DNA of 64,000 bases from an uncultured Enterobacteriaceae bacterium (GTDB lineage: Bacteria > Pseudomonadota > Gammaproteobacteria > Burkholderiales > UBA3065), in contig CAZGBK010000003.1 in NCBI GenBank assembly GCA_964524005.1, positions 3,155 to 67,154 of the forward strand, written 5' to 3'. Below are positions 63,897-64,000 of this stretch, piece after piece. Each line of letters opens with the position of its first letter. The stretch's first letter is position 1. The notes under the pieces are model-generated. The model made no database searches and was not told where the DNA came from. It was given only the letters and a program-made list of their open reading frames with translations. A program made the translations under genes and the position numbers.

Positions 63897-64000
63897 TTAG
63901 AACCGCACCACGCCGCTGAACAGGAAGCGCGGGTTGTGGCGCTGGTCGGCGCCGGGGAAGGGTTTGTCGGCGTTGGCCACCTGCAGATCGAGGAAGCCGC
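63897..64000 (-). CDS. 3' end of a minus-strand gene, possibly an outer-membrane beta-barrel protein (partial)
   Basis: Reverse translation ends ...FPGADQRHNPRFLFSGVVRF-stop (TAA at 63897-63899). A terminal aromatic residue is typical of OMPs. Only 34 codons are visible. Confidence 0.3.
   Translation of the reverse strand, partial: GFLDLQVANADKPFPGADQRHNPRFLFSGVVRF

Overview
High-GC proteobacterial chromosome segment, annotated by motif recognition only (no database search was run). It falls into four blocks. (1) nt 1-33171 is a purple-bacterial photosynthesis gene cluster. It runs bchZ(3' end)-pufB-orf74-pufA-pufL-pufM-pufC, then on the minus strand bchG-MFS(PucC family)-bchP-tspO, then crtI-crtB. 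Next come minus-strand ppaA/aerR-ppsR-crtA-crtD-crtC, and finally a 16.5-kb translationally coupled run bchF-N-B-H-L-M-lhaA-puhA-B-C-orf-acsF-puhE-dxs. (2) nt 33.4-38.5 kb is housekeeping: SRP RNA, pagL-like deacylase, dnaX-ybaB-recR, an orphan ParA-like ATPase, initiator tRNA-Met, and tatA-tatB without tatC. (3) nt 38.6-49.6 kb holds an OYE flavin reductase, a coiled-coil protein coupled to a GAF-GAF-PAS class III cyclase, and a minus-strand System I cytochrome c maturation cluster, ccmI-ccmA::ccmB(fused)-C-D-E-F-G-H. (4) nt 49.8-63.9 kb is a tightly coupled seven-gene plus-strand operon. It encodes a bis-His (2 x H-x13-H) membrane protein, a membrane-anchored 10-haem cytochrome c and a secreted tandem GlcG/HbpS-like protein. 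It also encodes an SH3 + beta-barrel outer-membrane protein, a 1290-aa 10-haem cytochrome fused to an LVIVD-type beta-propeller, a further 4-5-haem cytochrome, and a cytoplasmic FAD/NAD(P) oxidoreductase-2x cNMP-binding-4x[4Fe-4S] fusion. This last operon is the best candidate for an undescribed system, namely a trans-envelope electron conduit next to the haem-attachment machinery and the phototrophy island. Other oddities: an extra beta-like single-TM ORF inside pufBA; in-frame ccmG-TAA-GCC-ATG-ccmH with a signal-less CcmH; a ccmA-ccmB fusion; and a crtC with no usable start codon near its conserved N-terminus. No CRISPR arrays, IS elements, integrases or rRNA genes were seen.
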